Below are positions 12,518 to 23,130 of a stretch of DNA of 35,562 nucleotides, piece by piece. The translations under genes and the position numbers were made by a program. The DNA is from Chiloscyllium plagiosum (taxonomy: Eukaryota): contig NC_057718.1 of NCBI RefSeq assembly GCF_004010195.1, forward strand, positions 88,763,728 through 88,799,289, written 5' to 3'. Position 1 is the first letter of the stretch. Each line of letters opens with the position of its first letter. The notes under the pieces were generated by a model, which did no database searches, was not told where the DNA came from, and saw only the letters and a list, made by a program, of their open reading frames with translations.

Positions 12518-12873
12518 CATGAGGGGCATGGAGAGGGTGAATAGATGAGGTCTCTTCCCTGTGGCGGGGGAGTCCAAAACTAGAGGGCATAAGTTTATGC
12601 TGAGAGGGGAAAGACTTAAATTGGACTTGAGGGGCAACTTTTCCACGCAGACGGTGGTTCGTGTGTGGAATGAACTGCCAGAGGAAGTATCGACACATGA
12701 GGGGCATGGAGAGGGTGAATAGATGAGGTCTCTTCCCTGTGGCGGGGGAGTCCAAAACTAGAGGGCATAAGTTTATGCTGAGAGGGGAAAGACTTAAATT
12801 GGACTTGAGGGGCAACCTTTCCACGCAGATGGTGGTTCGTGTGTGGAACGAACTGCCAGAGGAAGTATCGACA
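12518..12873 (+). repeat. 178-bp tandem duplication (12518-12695 / 12696-12873)
   Basis: Both units run catgaggggcatgg...gaggaagtatcgaca. I see 3 substitutions between them. Confidence 0.95.
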
Positions 12874-13050
12874 TTGTGGTGCTGGAAAAGCACAGTAGGT
12901 CAGGTTCTTGATGAAGGATCACCTTCTTGATGAAGGATTTTTGCCTGAAACGTTGATTCTCCTGCTCCTCGGATGCTGTCTGACCTGCTGTGCTTTTCCA
13001 GCGCCACTCTCTTGACTCTAATCTCCAGCATCTGTAGTCCTCACCTTCAT
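12867..13050 (+). mobile_element. PLE family B terminal fragment with an inverted 5' piece
   Basis: 12876-12903 is the reverse complement of about 12980-13007. Decayed hammerhead TTGATGA..GAAACGTT. Flanked by ctgccagagg at 12853 and 13051. Confidence 0.8.
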
Positions 13051-13114
13051 CTGCCAGAGGTAACGGTAGAGGCTGGCACAATTACAACGTTTACAAGGCA
13101 TCTGGATGGATATA

Positions 13115-13742
13115 GGAGAACGTGAGGACTGCAGATGCTGGAGATCAAAGCTGAAAAATATGTTGCTGGAAAAGCGCAGCAGGTCAGGCAGCATCCAAGG
13201 AGCAGGAGAATCGACGTATCGGGCATAAGCCCTTCTTCAAGAATGAGGAAGGTGTGCCAAGCAGGCTAAGATAAAAGGTAGGGAGGAGGGACTTGGGGGA
13301 GGGGCGTTGGGAATGCGATAGTTGGAAGGAGATTAAGGTGAGGGTGATAGGCCAGAGAGGGGGTGGGGGCAGAGAGGTCGGGAAGAAGATTGCAGGTCAA
13401 GAAGGCGGAGCTGAGTCCGAGGGTTGGGACTTAGATAAGGTGGGGGGAGGGGAAATGAGGAAGCTGGAGAAATTTGCATTCATCCCATGTGGCTGGAGGG
13501 TTCCTAGGTGGAAGATGAGGCGCTCTTCCTCCAGGCGTCGTGTTGCAATGGCGATGGAGGAGGCCAAGGACCTGCGTGTCCTTGGCGGAGTTGGAGAGGG
13601 AGTTAAAGTGTTCCGCCACAAGTGTTCCCTCTCTGCCCCCACCCCCTCTCCGGCCTATCACCCTCACCTTAACCTCCTTCCACCTATCGCATTCCCAACG
13701 CCCCTCCCCCAAGTCCCTCCTCCCTACCTTTTATCTTAACGA
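13115..13742 (-). mobile_element. PLE family B 3' fragment with a 111-bp inverted segment and 15-bp TSD
   Basis: TSD atctggatggatata at 13100-13114 and 13743-13757. Arms at 13267-13377 and 13628-13738. GIY-YIG C-terminus RRLEEERLIFHLGTLQPHGMN. Confidence 0.92.
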
Positions 13743-14360
13743 ATCTGGATGGATATATCCATGTTTAATAGGAAGGGGTTACAGGGATATTGCCCAAACG
13801 TTGGCAAATGGGACTAGATTAGTTTGGGATATCTGGTCTGCATGGACGAGTTCAATCAAAGGGTCTGTTTCCATGCTGTACATCTCTATGACTCTATGAC
13901 TTTTGATGAAAGGTTGGAAAGACTGGGCATCTATCCACTGGAGTTTATAAGGATGAGGGGTGATTGAAATGAATAAGGTCCTAAATTGTCTGGACAAGGT
14001 GAACCCCTACGGAAGGGATGTTTCCTGTTGTGGATGAGTCCAGAACTAGGGACACTGTTTAAAAATCTGGGGTCGTTGGGACATTGAAATAGCAAACCGA
14101 ATGAACCCAGCATCACTATCACCAGATTTGCAACACAGTAAAATTAAAACATTCAATGACCCTCAAAATTGCTCAGCTGTTCCTAACAAGGTCTTGGATG
14201 CCAAGTTTATAACTTAAATAAAACTGAACAATTTATTATTAGTAATGCATCTGTAGCAGTACTCAGAAAAAAGGTAATCTAATTAATATTTATGATATAA
14301 GCCATATCTCCTTTGATCTAAAGACACCTCCCCCCCAACTCATGCACTAACAAACAGACA

Positions 14361-15147
14361 ATATCCATATGTTAGTTTACAAGGACTTGCTGGGTGTATC
14401 CCAAATGGCAAACTGTAACAAAGGAATTCCATCATCCCAATTGTTAGGACATTCTTGACAGTAAGATCAATCAGGATGCAAGCAGGATTGATAACGGTGA
14501 ACCAGTAGATGAGATATATTTAGGTTTCCAAAGGATATCCCATAAGGTACGTGCAAAGCAATTTAATAAGATAACAGCCCATTGTCCATTAGCATATAAA
14601 GAGGATTGCTATCTAATTGAAGACAGAGTTGGGATAAGGAGGCATTTTCAGTATGGCAATCTATAACTAGCGGAAGACAATAGGAATCAGTGCTAGGACC
14701 ACAATTAATCACAATATATGTTAATGACTTGCATAATGGATGTAAATTAACTATCGCCAAGTTTGCAGATAACACATGAGACTAATGAGACTACAGTTGG
14801 AGCCTACGTTTTTAACTTCAGCGAGAAATTGACCAAAGCATGTGTTGTGTTCTCAATAAACAAGGAAAACTAAACCAGATAAAAAGGCCAAAGTTGGAAC
14901 TTTTGTTGCTGGAGTTGAGTTGTAGCATTGTTGCCTGTCTTTGGGGAACAATTAAAAGCAAAGTTCACTGGACTTTGTCAAATCAAACAGAAACGCAATG
15001 ATGTGAATTATGCAGCGAGTACTCCAAGTAGGGGAACAAATCAGTGCATGTGTGTCTTGTTAATATGTTAAAGATAAATTATGATTGGGACAATAGCCAG
15101 GGGAAAAATGTACTTGTGATAATGAAAGAAAGAGGGAGAGAAATAAA
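14361..15147. repeat. Rearranged local duplicate of 17575-18412 (first half inverted, second half direct)
   Basis: 14361-14776 is the reverse complement of 17575-17993, and 14791-15147 matches 18051-18412. The ORF track shows near-identical peptides at 14563(-) and 17540(+). Confidence 0.92.
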
Positions 15148-15768
15148 GAGAAACAGAGTCAAGATGAATTAAAAAAGAAAATTAAAATAATCATAATTTT
15201 CCAATTCAGTAACAGTTTCAATGATGAATGCCTGACCTTCGTGAAATCATTCAATGATGGGCTGCATGACAGGCAGATAGAACAGTATATTTTTGCTTGA
15301 ATTTTGAAGTCACCAGTCAATGGAAACCTACAGAAGCAGACTTACAGAATTATTCACCTACTTTTTACAGACTCTAATTCGCTTCTCAGAACATTTGGCA
15401 AATCAGTAACGGGAATGAAACAAGCGAGAGAGCAAAACAAGAGCAACACCGCTTAGAAGCTTTCAGAACATAAATTGCTTGCTGCTCAGAACCCAATTCA
15501 CACCAGTTCACTCTTTATTTTCTCTTTATTTTTCAATGTTCTGTGCTTGGCCTGACTTTCCTTCACTGTCTAATTCAACATCCAACCAGCTGTCAGTTCC
15601 TGAGCATAGCACTGTGACCTTAGAGAGTAATTAACCTCCATTATCTTTCCAGGCCAGCTCCTAACAACAGACATCTGTACTTTGTTCTTTTTTTGATAAA
15701 ACAGGCTGAACAAACAAAATTTCAATTGTCAAATTCAACTCGCAGTTCCAAACCAAAAAATAAAAGAA

Positions 15769-15887
15769 AATTGCCCGTAGTGTTAGGTATAGGGGTAAAT
15801 GTAGGAGTATGGGTGGGTTGCGCTTCGGCAGGTCGGTGTGGACTTGTTGGGCCGAAGGGCCTGTTTCCACAATGTAATGTAAATGTA
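15769..15887 (+). mobile_element. HE1/V-SINE 3' fragment
   Basis: aaattgcccgtagtgttaggt...gggccgaagggcctgtttccaca matches the tail of the 21759 copy. Confidence 0.85.
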
Positions 15888-16379
15888 AAAACTTTTATCT
15901 CTCCAAGTGTTGTGTTTCAGATTCTCTGGCTCAGACAGTGCCGGAAGCAAGATCTTTGAATATTGTTAAGGCAGACCTGGTTGGAATGTTGTTAGGCAGT
16001 GGATCATGGGTTAATGAAGGTAGATCGGAATGTAGAATTCAAAACACAAACAGATCAGTCATGATCAAATGATTGGTGGAATGAGCTTGAAGAGCCAAGT
16101 GACCTACTCTGCTCTTAGTTTGGACGTCTCTATGTTTGCATCTGTCCATTGCATACAGACTGTGATGCAGGTTGTGCTAGATGCCATTTCGATGAATGTG
16201 TTGCAATGTGTGCAAGAGTAGGCATAGCATTGTGTAAGATTAATTTGATACCGCTTTAGATTTCACCACTCCATCTAGCCTCTCACATTCAATTGAATAG
16301 ACGTTCAGTGATAGGAATCCCACCAGTGCAAATTTGATCATCAACTACTTCAGACATTAGTTGCCGAATGTTTCCTGCT

Positions 16380-16475
16380 CAAGAGTGTGGTGCTGGAAAA
16401 GCACAGCCAGTCAGGCAGCATCCAAGGAGTAGGAGAATCAACGTTTCGAGCATAAGCTCTTAATCAGAAATGAGG
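16380..16475 (-). mobile_element. PLE family B terminal fragment with a degenerate hammerhead
   Basis: Minus strand reads CTGATTA-A-GAGC(TTAT)GCTC-GAAACGTT-gattctcc. Confidence 0.8.
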
Positions 16476-16794
16476 ATGACGAGACCAGCCATTTTGTCAT
16501 TGAATGGTAGAGCAGACTTGTTTCCTTGTTTCCTGCTGGCCGTTGAAACAATTGTTCAGATGTTGTACACTTTCTCAAGTTCTTTGAAGTTGTACAAGTC
16601 TCCATTCTGCTCTTTATCACATGTGGGCATCGCTGACAAGGCCAGAATTAATTTTCCATTCTGAATCACCTGAGAGAATGGATGCTGGTCTTTTTTTAAG
16701 AGTTACTATACCACACACCTTGTATTTATGTAGAGCTTTTTGACATAATGAAACATCCCAAGCCATTTCACAGGAGATTACGGTCTTACTGTTT

Positions 16795-17860
16795 CATAAG
16801 ATGTAGGAACAGAAGTAGGTCAGTCAGCCCATTGAGTTTGCTCCACCATTCAATGAAGAAGTGGTTGGTCTCATCATCCTAATCTCTACTTTGCTATCTT
16901 GCCCCCTACCCTTTTGAGAGAAGAAGTTTGTCTTCCTCGCTGTCTTAAATGGGCAGCCCCTACTTTAAGATTAAGCCCTCTGGTTCCAGATTCTCCCACA
17001 AGGAGAAACAAGCTCTCACCATCCACTTTGCCAAGCCCTTTAAGAATGATGTATTTTTCAGTGAGGTCACTTTTCATTCTTCTAAACTGAAATGAGTACA
17101 GGCCCAACACACTCTGCCTCTCATTATAAGAAAATCCCTCCATACCCAGGATCAACATGATTAACCTTCTCTGGACTGACCCCATCTTTCTTTAGATGAG
17201 AGGACTGAAACTGTTCACAGTGCTTTAGGTGTGACCATGCCTTGTACAGTTTTAGCATGACTTATATTTTTATGTTCAGTTGCCTTTGCAGTAAAGGTCA
17301 CTATTCCATTTGCCTTCTTTATTACCTACTGAATGTGGATGCTAGCCTTTTCTTTGTGAATCATGCATGAGGGCTTCATATCCCTCTGTGCTACAGACTT
17401 CTAAAGTCTTTGTTCATTTTAAATAATATTCAGCTCCTTTATCCTTCCAGCCGAAATTCATAAGCTCACAGTTTCTCACATTATATTCTGTCTGCCAAGT
17501 GTAAGTCCACTCACTTAATATATCTATATCCCTCTCCTTGTGTCCTCCCTAGTAGTTGGTTTTCCACCTACATTTGTGTTATCTGAAAACTTGGCAATAG
17601 TACATTCACATCCATTATCCAAGTCATTAATATATATTGTGATTAATTGTGGTCCTAGCACTGATTCCTATTGTCTTCCACTAGTCATAGATTGCCATAC
17701 TGAAAATGCCTCCTTATCCCAACTCTGTCTTCTATTAGATAGCAATCCTCTGTATATGCTAATGGTCTATGGGCTGTTATCTTATTAAATAGCTTTGCAC
17801 ATACTTTATGGGATACCTGAATATATCTCATCTACTGGTTCACCGTTATCAATCCTGCTT
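16795..17860 (-). mobile_element. CR1 LINE, 5'-truncated and decayed
   Basis: VQRR...LI.GMEGFSY.ER...LGLYS...RRM.SDL and ESGTRG motifs in ORF 16886-17185. RT remnants extend to about 17850. Confidence 0.85.
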
Positions 17861-18419
17861 GCATCCTGATTGATCTTACTGTCAAGAGTGTCCTAATAAT
17901 TGGGATGATGGAATTCTTTTGTTACAGTTTGCCATTTGGGATACACCCAGCAAGTCCAAAGGATTTAGCCCTTGTGAACTAAGATATGGATATGAGCCGA
18001 GAGAACAACTTAAATTAATTAAAGGAGAAACTTAATAAACCAACTCGATGCTACAGTTGGAGCCTACTTTTTTAATTTCAGAGAGAAATTGGCCATAGCA
18101 TGTGTTGGGTGCTCAATAAACAATGAAAACTAAAACAGATAAAAAGGTCAATGCTGGAACTTTTGTTGCTGGAGTCGAGTTATAACATTGTTGCCTGTCT
18201 CTGGGGAACTATTAAAAGCAAAGTTCACTGGACTCTGTCAAATCAAACAGAAACTCAATGATATGAATAATGTAGCGAGTACTCCAGGTAGGGGAACAAA
18301 TCAGTACGTGTGTGTTTTGTTAATATGTTAAAGATAAATTATGATTGGGTCAATAGCCAGCGGGAAAATAAAAAGTACTTGGGATAGTGAAAGGAAGGGG
18401 GAGAGAAATAAAAATAGCA

Positions 18420-18965
18420 GAGAAAATGCATAATGGTGGCATAGGCTATGAGTAGAGTATTGTTGGCAGCTCTGGAATCTGCATTGCACGCGGGGTATAG
18501 TTACGCTGGAGAGAGTGAAGAGGAGATTTACTGGGATGTTACCTGGAGTGAAGAGAGATTGGATATATAGAGCCTTTTTGGAGTTGAGGAGACTACAGGG
18601 AATGTATCAAATTAGTGGGAGCACAGAAAGAAGACAGGGAGGAAATGTTTCTCTTTGTGGAGGGTTAAGTGACCAGGAGCATAGATTTAAGGTAAGGGGC
18701 TGGAGGTTTTGAGGGAATATAAGGAAAAAGCTTTCACATGTAGGGTTCTAGAAATCTGGAACTCGTTTCCTTTCAGGGTAGTAGAGGTAGAAACCCTCCA
18801 TAACATTTAAAAAGTATTTAGATGTATATTTGCGATACCAAGGCATAAAGCCTATGATCCAAGTACTGAAAGAAATTGAATAGTTAGGTGCTTGTTTTTC
18901 GATCAGTATGGATTTGATGGGCCAAAGGCCTTTCTCTGTGCTGTAGACCACTATGACTCTGATTC
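18420..18965 (+). mobile_element. CR1 LINE 3' fragment inside the Gypsy element
   Basis: LERVKRRFTGMLPG motif and the tail ctgtgctgta...actatgactct. Confidence 0.75.
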
Positions 18966-20553
18966 AATGAATCAGAAATGGAAAATTTAAAAATTGACCC
19001 TTCAGCAAGGAGAACGCAGCAGTGTTTAAAAGCTTATGTAACATCAGGTTTTATTTTTTGACCACAATCCAAGCGACTCAAGAAGGCTTGAGCAGAATCA
19101 TAAATCAATTTGTGGGAATAGACCGTGGAAATGGTTTTGACTATTTACAATGTGAGTACAGGGGATGTCTTATCCGCAAAAGAACATCCTTGCAGTCTCA
19201 ATCTGGAGAGATTAGCTCAAATAAGGGGAGAGGTTAAGTTCATGATGAGCGATGATATTATTGAGTGGAATCATTGTGGGTGGTGCTCACTTCTTATGCC
19301 TGTGCCAAGAGCGGATGGGTTATTATTTGTGTTGATTATCACAAAGTCAACCTCCTAACAGAAACTGACTCATATCCTAATCTAAGATTGGAGGACTGCA
19401 TTGAATGAATTGGACACACACAAACTTTTACCAAAGTCAGCTTTTTAAAAGAGTATCAGCAAGTTCCATTGACTGATATAACTAATGAACTATCAGCTTT
19501 TGCAAAAATGGATGGATTTTATCAACACAGTCGTGCTGTTTGAAATGAAAAATGCAAAAGCAATGTTCCAAAGATTAATCAATAAATAAAATCAATGAAG
19601 TCTTATATAAGTATAGCTAGGTCAATGATTTGGCTGTTTTTAGCTAGATGTGGAAAGAACATTTACACCACTTAACTGAACTGGTTGTTTTTAGCCAATT
19701 TGCTTAAAAATGAGTACATTTTTAAAGGAAAAGTAATTTATTTGGACCACACTGTGGGACAAGGCCAAGTAATATCTAGAGAAGTGCAAGTGTGAGCTCT
19801 TTTAGATCTTCACTTGCCTAAGACAAAATGTGCAATTTTGTTTTATTTTGGCATAAGTGGATTATACCACAAATTTTTCCCACACGAAAGCACTGTTATT
19901 GTGCCTGTAACAATCGTGCTGAAGAAAAGCAGAACATTTGAGTGATACAAGGTCAGTGTATCTTTGACAACTTGAATACTGTGCTGACAACGTTCAGGTT
20001 TGGCCACTTTTAATTGTGAGAAACCATTCAAACCGGTTGATGCCAGTGAAATGGGCTTGGGTGCTGTTTTGCTGCAAGATGCCACATGTCAACAAAATAT
20101 TCAGCAATTGAGAAGGAGACATGGAGTCTTGTGTTGACTTTGCATCATTTTGAAATATGCATCACAACAATTTAAAGAGACTTATTTGTATGGATCAGAA
20201 CACTTTGATTTTTCTGGAATCACTCTTTTGGCCAAGAACTTAACAATTATTTTGGTAAAACATAATTCCCCAACTCTGAAATTGTTTTTTTGACTGTGGG
20301 AAAAAATGTTTTGGTTGGTGCTTTATTGAGAGTGAATATGAAAGGCCCATGGGCTGATATAAATGTAACATTGAAATAGTGTTAAGAAAAATTTTTTTTA
20401 ACATGTAATGAAAAATATCTCTTTTTTTGTGGGGCAGCGTGATGTTAGCTCTATTTTAATACTGTATGGTTTATAGTTTGGATTTTGAACATGTGGTATG
20501 TGAGTTTTTGTGTATGAGAGCATTTAATGATTAACTTGTCAGGGTATCAGGAA

Positions 20554-20778
20554 GGAGAAAGTGAGGACTGCAGATGCTGGAGATCAGAGCTTAAAAATGT
20601 GTTGCTGGAAAAGCGCAGCAGGTCAGGCAGCATCAAAGGAACAGGAGAATCGACGTTTCGGACATAAGCCCTTCTTCAGGAATTCCTGAAGAAGGGCTTA
20701 TGCCCGAAACGTCGATTCTCCTGTTCCTTTGATGCTGCCTGACCTGCTGCGCTTTTCCAGCAACACATTTTTAAGCTA
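20554..20778. mobile_element. Young 225-bp palindromic PLE-terminus insertion with 13-bp TSD
   Basis: TSD agggtatcaggaa at 20541-20553 and 20779-20791. 20588-20777 is a spacer-less palindrome centred on GAA|TTC (20682/20683) with one mismatch at 20662. Confidence 0.95.
20679..20719 (+). ncRNA. Minimal type I hammerhead ribozyme motif with intact core (mirror copy on the minus strand at 20646-20686)
   Basis: CTGAAGA (20686-92), extra A, GGGC-TTAT-GCCC stem II, GAAAC, then GTC with predicted cleavage after 20713. Loop-less palindromic ACGT stem III and a short bulged stem I. Confidence 0.75.
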
Positions 20779-21758
20779 AGGGTATCAGGAACCATTTTTT
20801 AAAAAAAAAAAGACCAGTATAGGGGAGGGAGTCCCTCAGGATGATGGGATTTTGTTTGCATTGGGAGAGGTTTAGGAGCAGACAGAGTAAATATTGAAGT
20901 GCATTAGTTTGTTTTATGTTAGAAAGATAAGGAATTGATGTGTTTTTTTGCTGGTGGAAAAACCCATAGATTAGAAATATTTTGGTTTCAGTTCACTTAA
21001 ATCTTGGTTGAAGTTAGATACACGAAACAATTTTTCCTAGGAAAGGGAGTTTGTTCAGAAATAGGCTATCCCAGGGTAAGGATTTTAGCTTGTAGGTTCC
21101 AGACTGGAAGTCTTTCATTTGAATAACCCCTTCAAGATTCTAATATGAGAAAATCTAAACTCAGTTGTGTGAATACTCAAGAAAGAAGCTATCAAACTTG
21201 CAAGACCAGAAATTGAAACAAACAGTTAAGTCAAGCCTGTAGATGAGATAGAAGAGGGAATTCTTCCAGGTGTTTGAGTACTGTAAATGATGTTTTGGCA
21301 GTAGATTGGATTGTATTTTTACTCTGTCCTTCAAAACCTTTCATTGTGCTATGTAAATAGGGTTAGTTTATTCTGTTCTATCTTTTGCATAATAAATATG
21401 TTTTATTATTAAAATCAGATCTGCAGCATTGTAAGCTGGTCTTTCAGTGAAAGACTGCCTCATTAATTAAAAGAAAAACAGATATCAAGCCAGATATCAG
21501 GCTTGGTTCTGACTTGTCCAGTAATAATATCACCTGGGATCATAACACTATCATGTAATATGTTATAGATTGTCATGCAAGACAAATGCCTATTCTTGTT
21601 AAAACTCAATAGTGGCACTATTTCGTGCCAGTGATAGTTAGACAGGCCCCAAGACTCAGCAGGGAAAGGAGAAATGGTGTCAGCAAACTAGCTGCCAGTA
21701 GTTGGTGATCAGAAGATGCCATATCCTGGCAGTGTTGGAAACTGAAAATATGACAAGT

Positions 21759-22066
21759 TTAGATTACTTACAGTGTGGAAACAGGCCCTTCGGCCCAACA
21801 AGTCCACACCGACCCGCCGAAGCGTAACCCACCCATACCCCTACATTTACCCCTTTACCTAACACTACGGGCAATTTAGCATGGCCAATTCACCTGACTT
21901 GCACATCTTTGGAGTGTGGGAGGAAACCGGAGCACCCGGAGGAAACCCACGCAGACACGGGGAGAATGTGCAAACTCCACACAGTCAGTCGCCTGAGGCG
22001 GGAATCGAACCCGGGTCTCTGGCACTGCGAGGCAGCAGTGCTAACCACTGTGCCACCGTGCCGCCC
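21759..22066 (-). mobile_element. HE1/V-SINE, full-length young copy
   Basis: Minus strand: A box TGGCACAGTGG, B box GGTTCGATTCC, V-domain core, LINE-like tail ...cacactgtaagtaatctaa. CpGs retained. Flanks (c)aagt on both sides. Confidence 0.92.
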
Positions 22067-22724
22067 AAGTGATGTTGTATCTAGTATATTGAGCAGAATC
22101 TGTAGCTGGTGGTGTATATGGTGACATTTGACCTTGTCAACTCATGTGATAATAATACCTAGATCCTTGGGCTTTGACATCTGGCATTGATCTGCTCCCA
22201 TTCCTTTTGCATCTTTCTGGAAGGCTTTCTGTGGACACAGGTCCTATACGGTGCCATAATTTTCAACGTAAGAGAGACACTTAATATCCAGTCAGCATCT
22301 AAATCTGCTTTTGAGATGTAGACTGACCTTAAGTGTTTAGACTAGCTTTAACTCCTGCAAAACGTTCAAATTTTCAGTCTGTTTCTCCACACTGGAGTAA
22401 TGTGAGGGAAATCAACCCCTACTGGTCCTGGAGTGGTTACAAAAGTTAAAAGATTTAAAGATACTCAAAATTAGGTATTATTCAGTCCCAGGTTGACAGA
22501 AACTTGGACCAGGTTTCTGTACTGAACAAGAACATCTATTCATTACAAATAAATAGATTCTAACTACAGATAAAAAATAATGAATTGTTGACATATAATT
22601 CTACTAGTTAAAATTTTAACCCATTTTAAAAAACTCACCCTCTATAAGTACCACCATCACACCCTTCTCAAGAGCAATTGGGAATGAGCAATAAATTCTG
22701 GCTCAGTTGCATTAATTAATTTCT

Positions 22725-23130
22725 GTATATAAAAGGAGAGGCTGGATAGGCTGGGAAACATTTCATCGGAGCATAGGAGGTTGAGGGGTGACCTTAGAGA
22801 GGTTTATAAAATCATGAGGGGTATAGATAAGATGAATGGCAGGTGTCTTTTCCCTAGGGTGGGGAGTTCAAGACTAGGTGGCATATTTTTAAGGTGAGAG
22901 GAGAAAGATTGAACAAAGATAAGATGGGCAAACTTTTTTTACACAGTGGTTCATGTGTGGAATGAACTTCCAGAGGAAATGGTGGATGCAGGAACAATTA
23001 TAACATTGAAAAGACATTTATTAAGTATATGAATAAGAAATATTTGCAGGCAGGTGGATCTAGTTTAGTTTGGGATAATGTTCGGCGTGAACTGTTTGGT
23101 CTGATTATTTCCGTGCTGTATGACTCTGTC
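22725..23130 (+). mobile_element. CR1 (HER1-like) 3' fragment
   Basis: aggaggttgaggggtgacctt..agaggtttataaaatcatgagggg and the tail gtgctgtatgactct. Confidence 0.85.

Larger units (their letters stand above)
12518..13900 (+). mobile_element. Younger CR1 (HER1-like) 3' end nested in the older CR1, carrying a tandem duplication and two PLE insertions
   Basis: ESKTRGHKF..RGER....LRGN motif. Ends in a (ctctatga)n tail at 13884-13900. Confidence 0.8.
11120..16135 (+). mobile_element. Old CR1 LINE (RT and 3' end) split into pieces by nested insertions
   Basis: VDKGDPVDVLYLDFQKAF RT motif at 11621. Pieces at about 11120-12318, 12488-12517, 13901-14072 and 15888-16135 join into one collinear CR1 3' region. 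Confidence 0.75.
17860..21547 (+). mobile_element. Old Gmr1-type Gypsy element: integrase C-terminus, RT/RNase H and 3' LTR (about 20438-21547)
   Basis: PNNWDDGI...FAIWDTP...GFSPCEL.YG at about 17890-18030. DYHKVN...TDSYP..RLEDCIE at about 19335-19405. KPF...DAS.MGLGAVLLQ at about 20020-20080. The LTR ends ...cataaca. Confidence 0.8.

Noticed and set aside
12518..12873. CRISPR-like or satellite array
   Set aside because: Only two 178-bp units of CR1 sequence, no spacers, eukaryotic context.
21990..22066. tRNA gene
   Set aside because: The A/B boxes belong to the tRNA-derived head of a SINE, followed by the V-domain and LINE-like tail.
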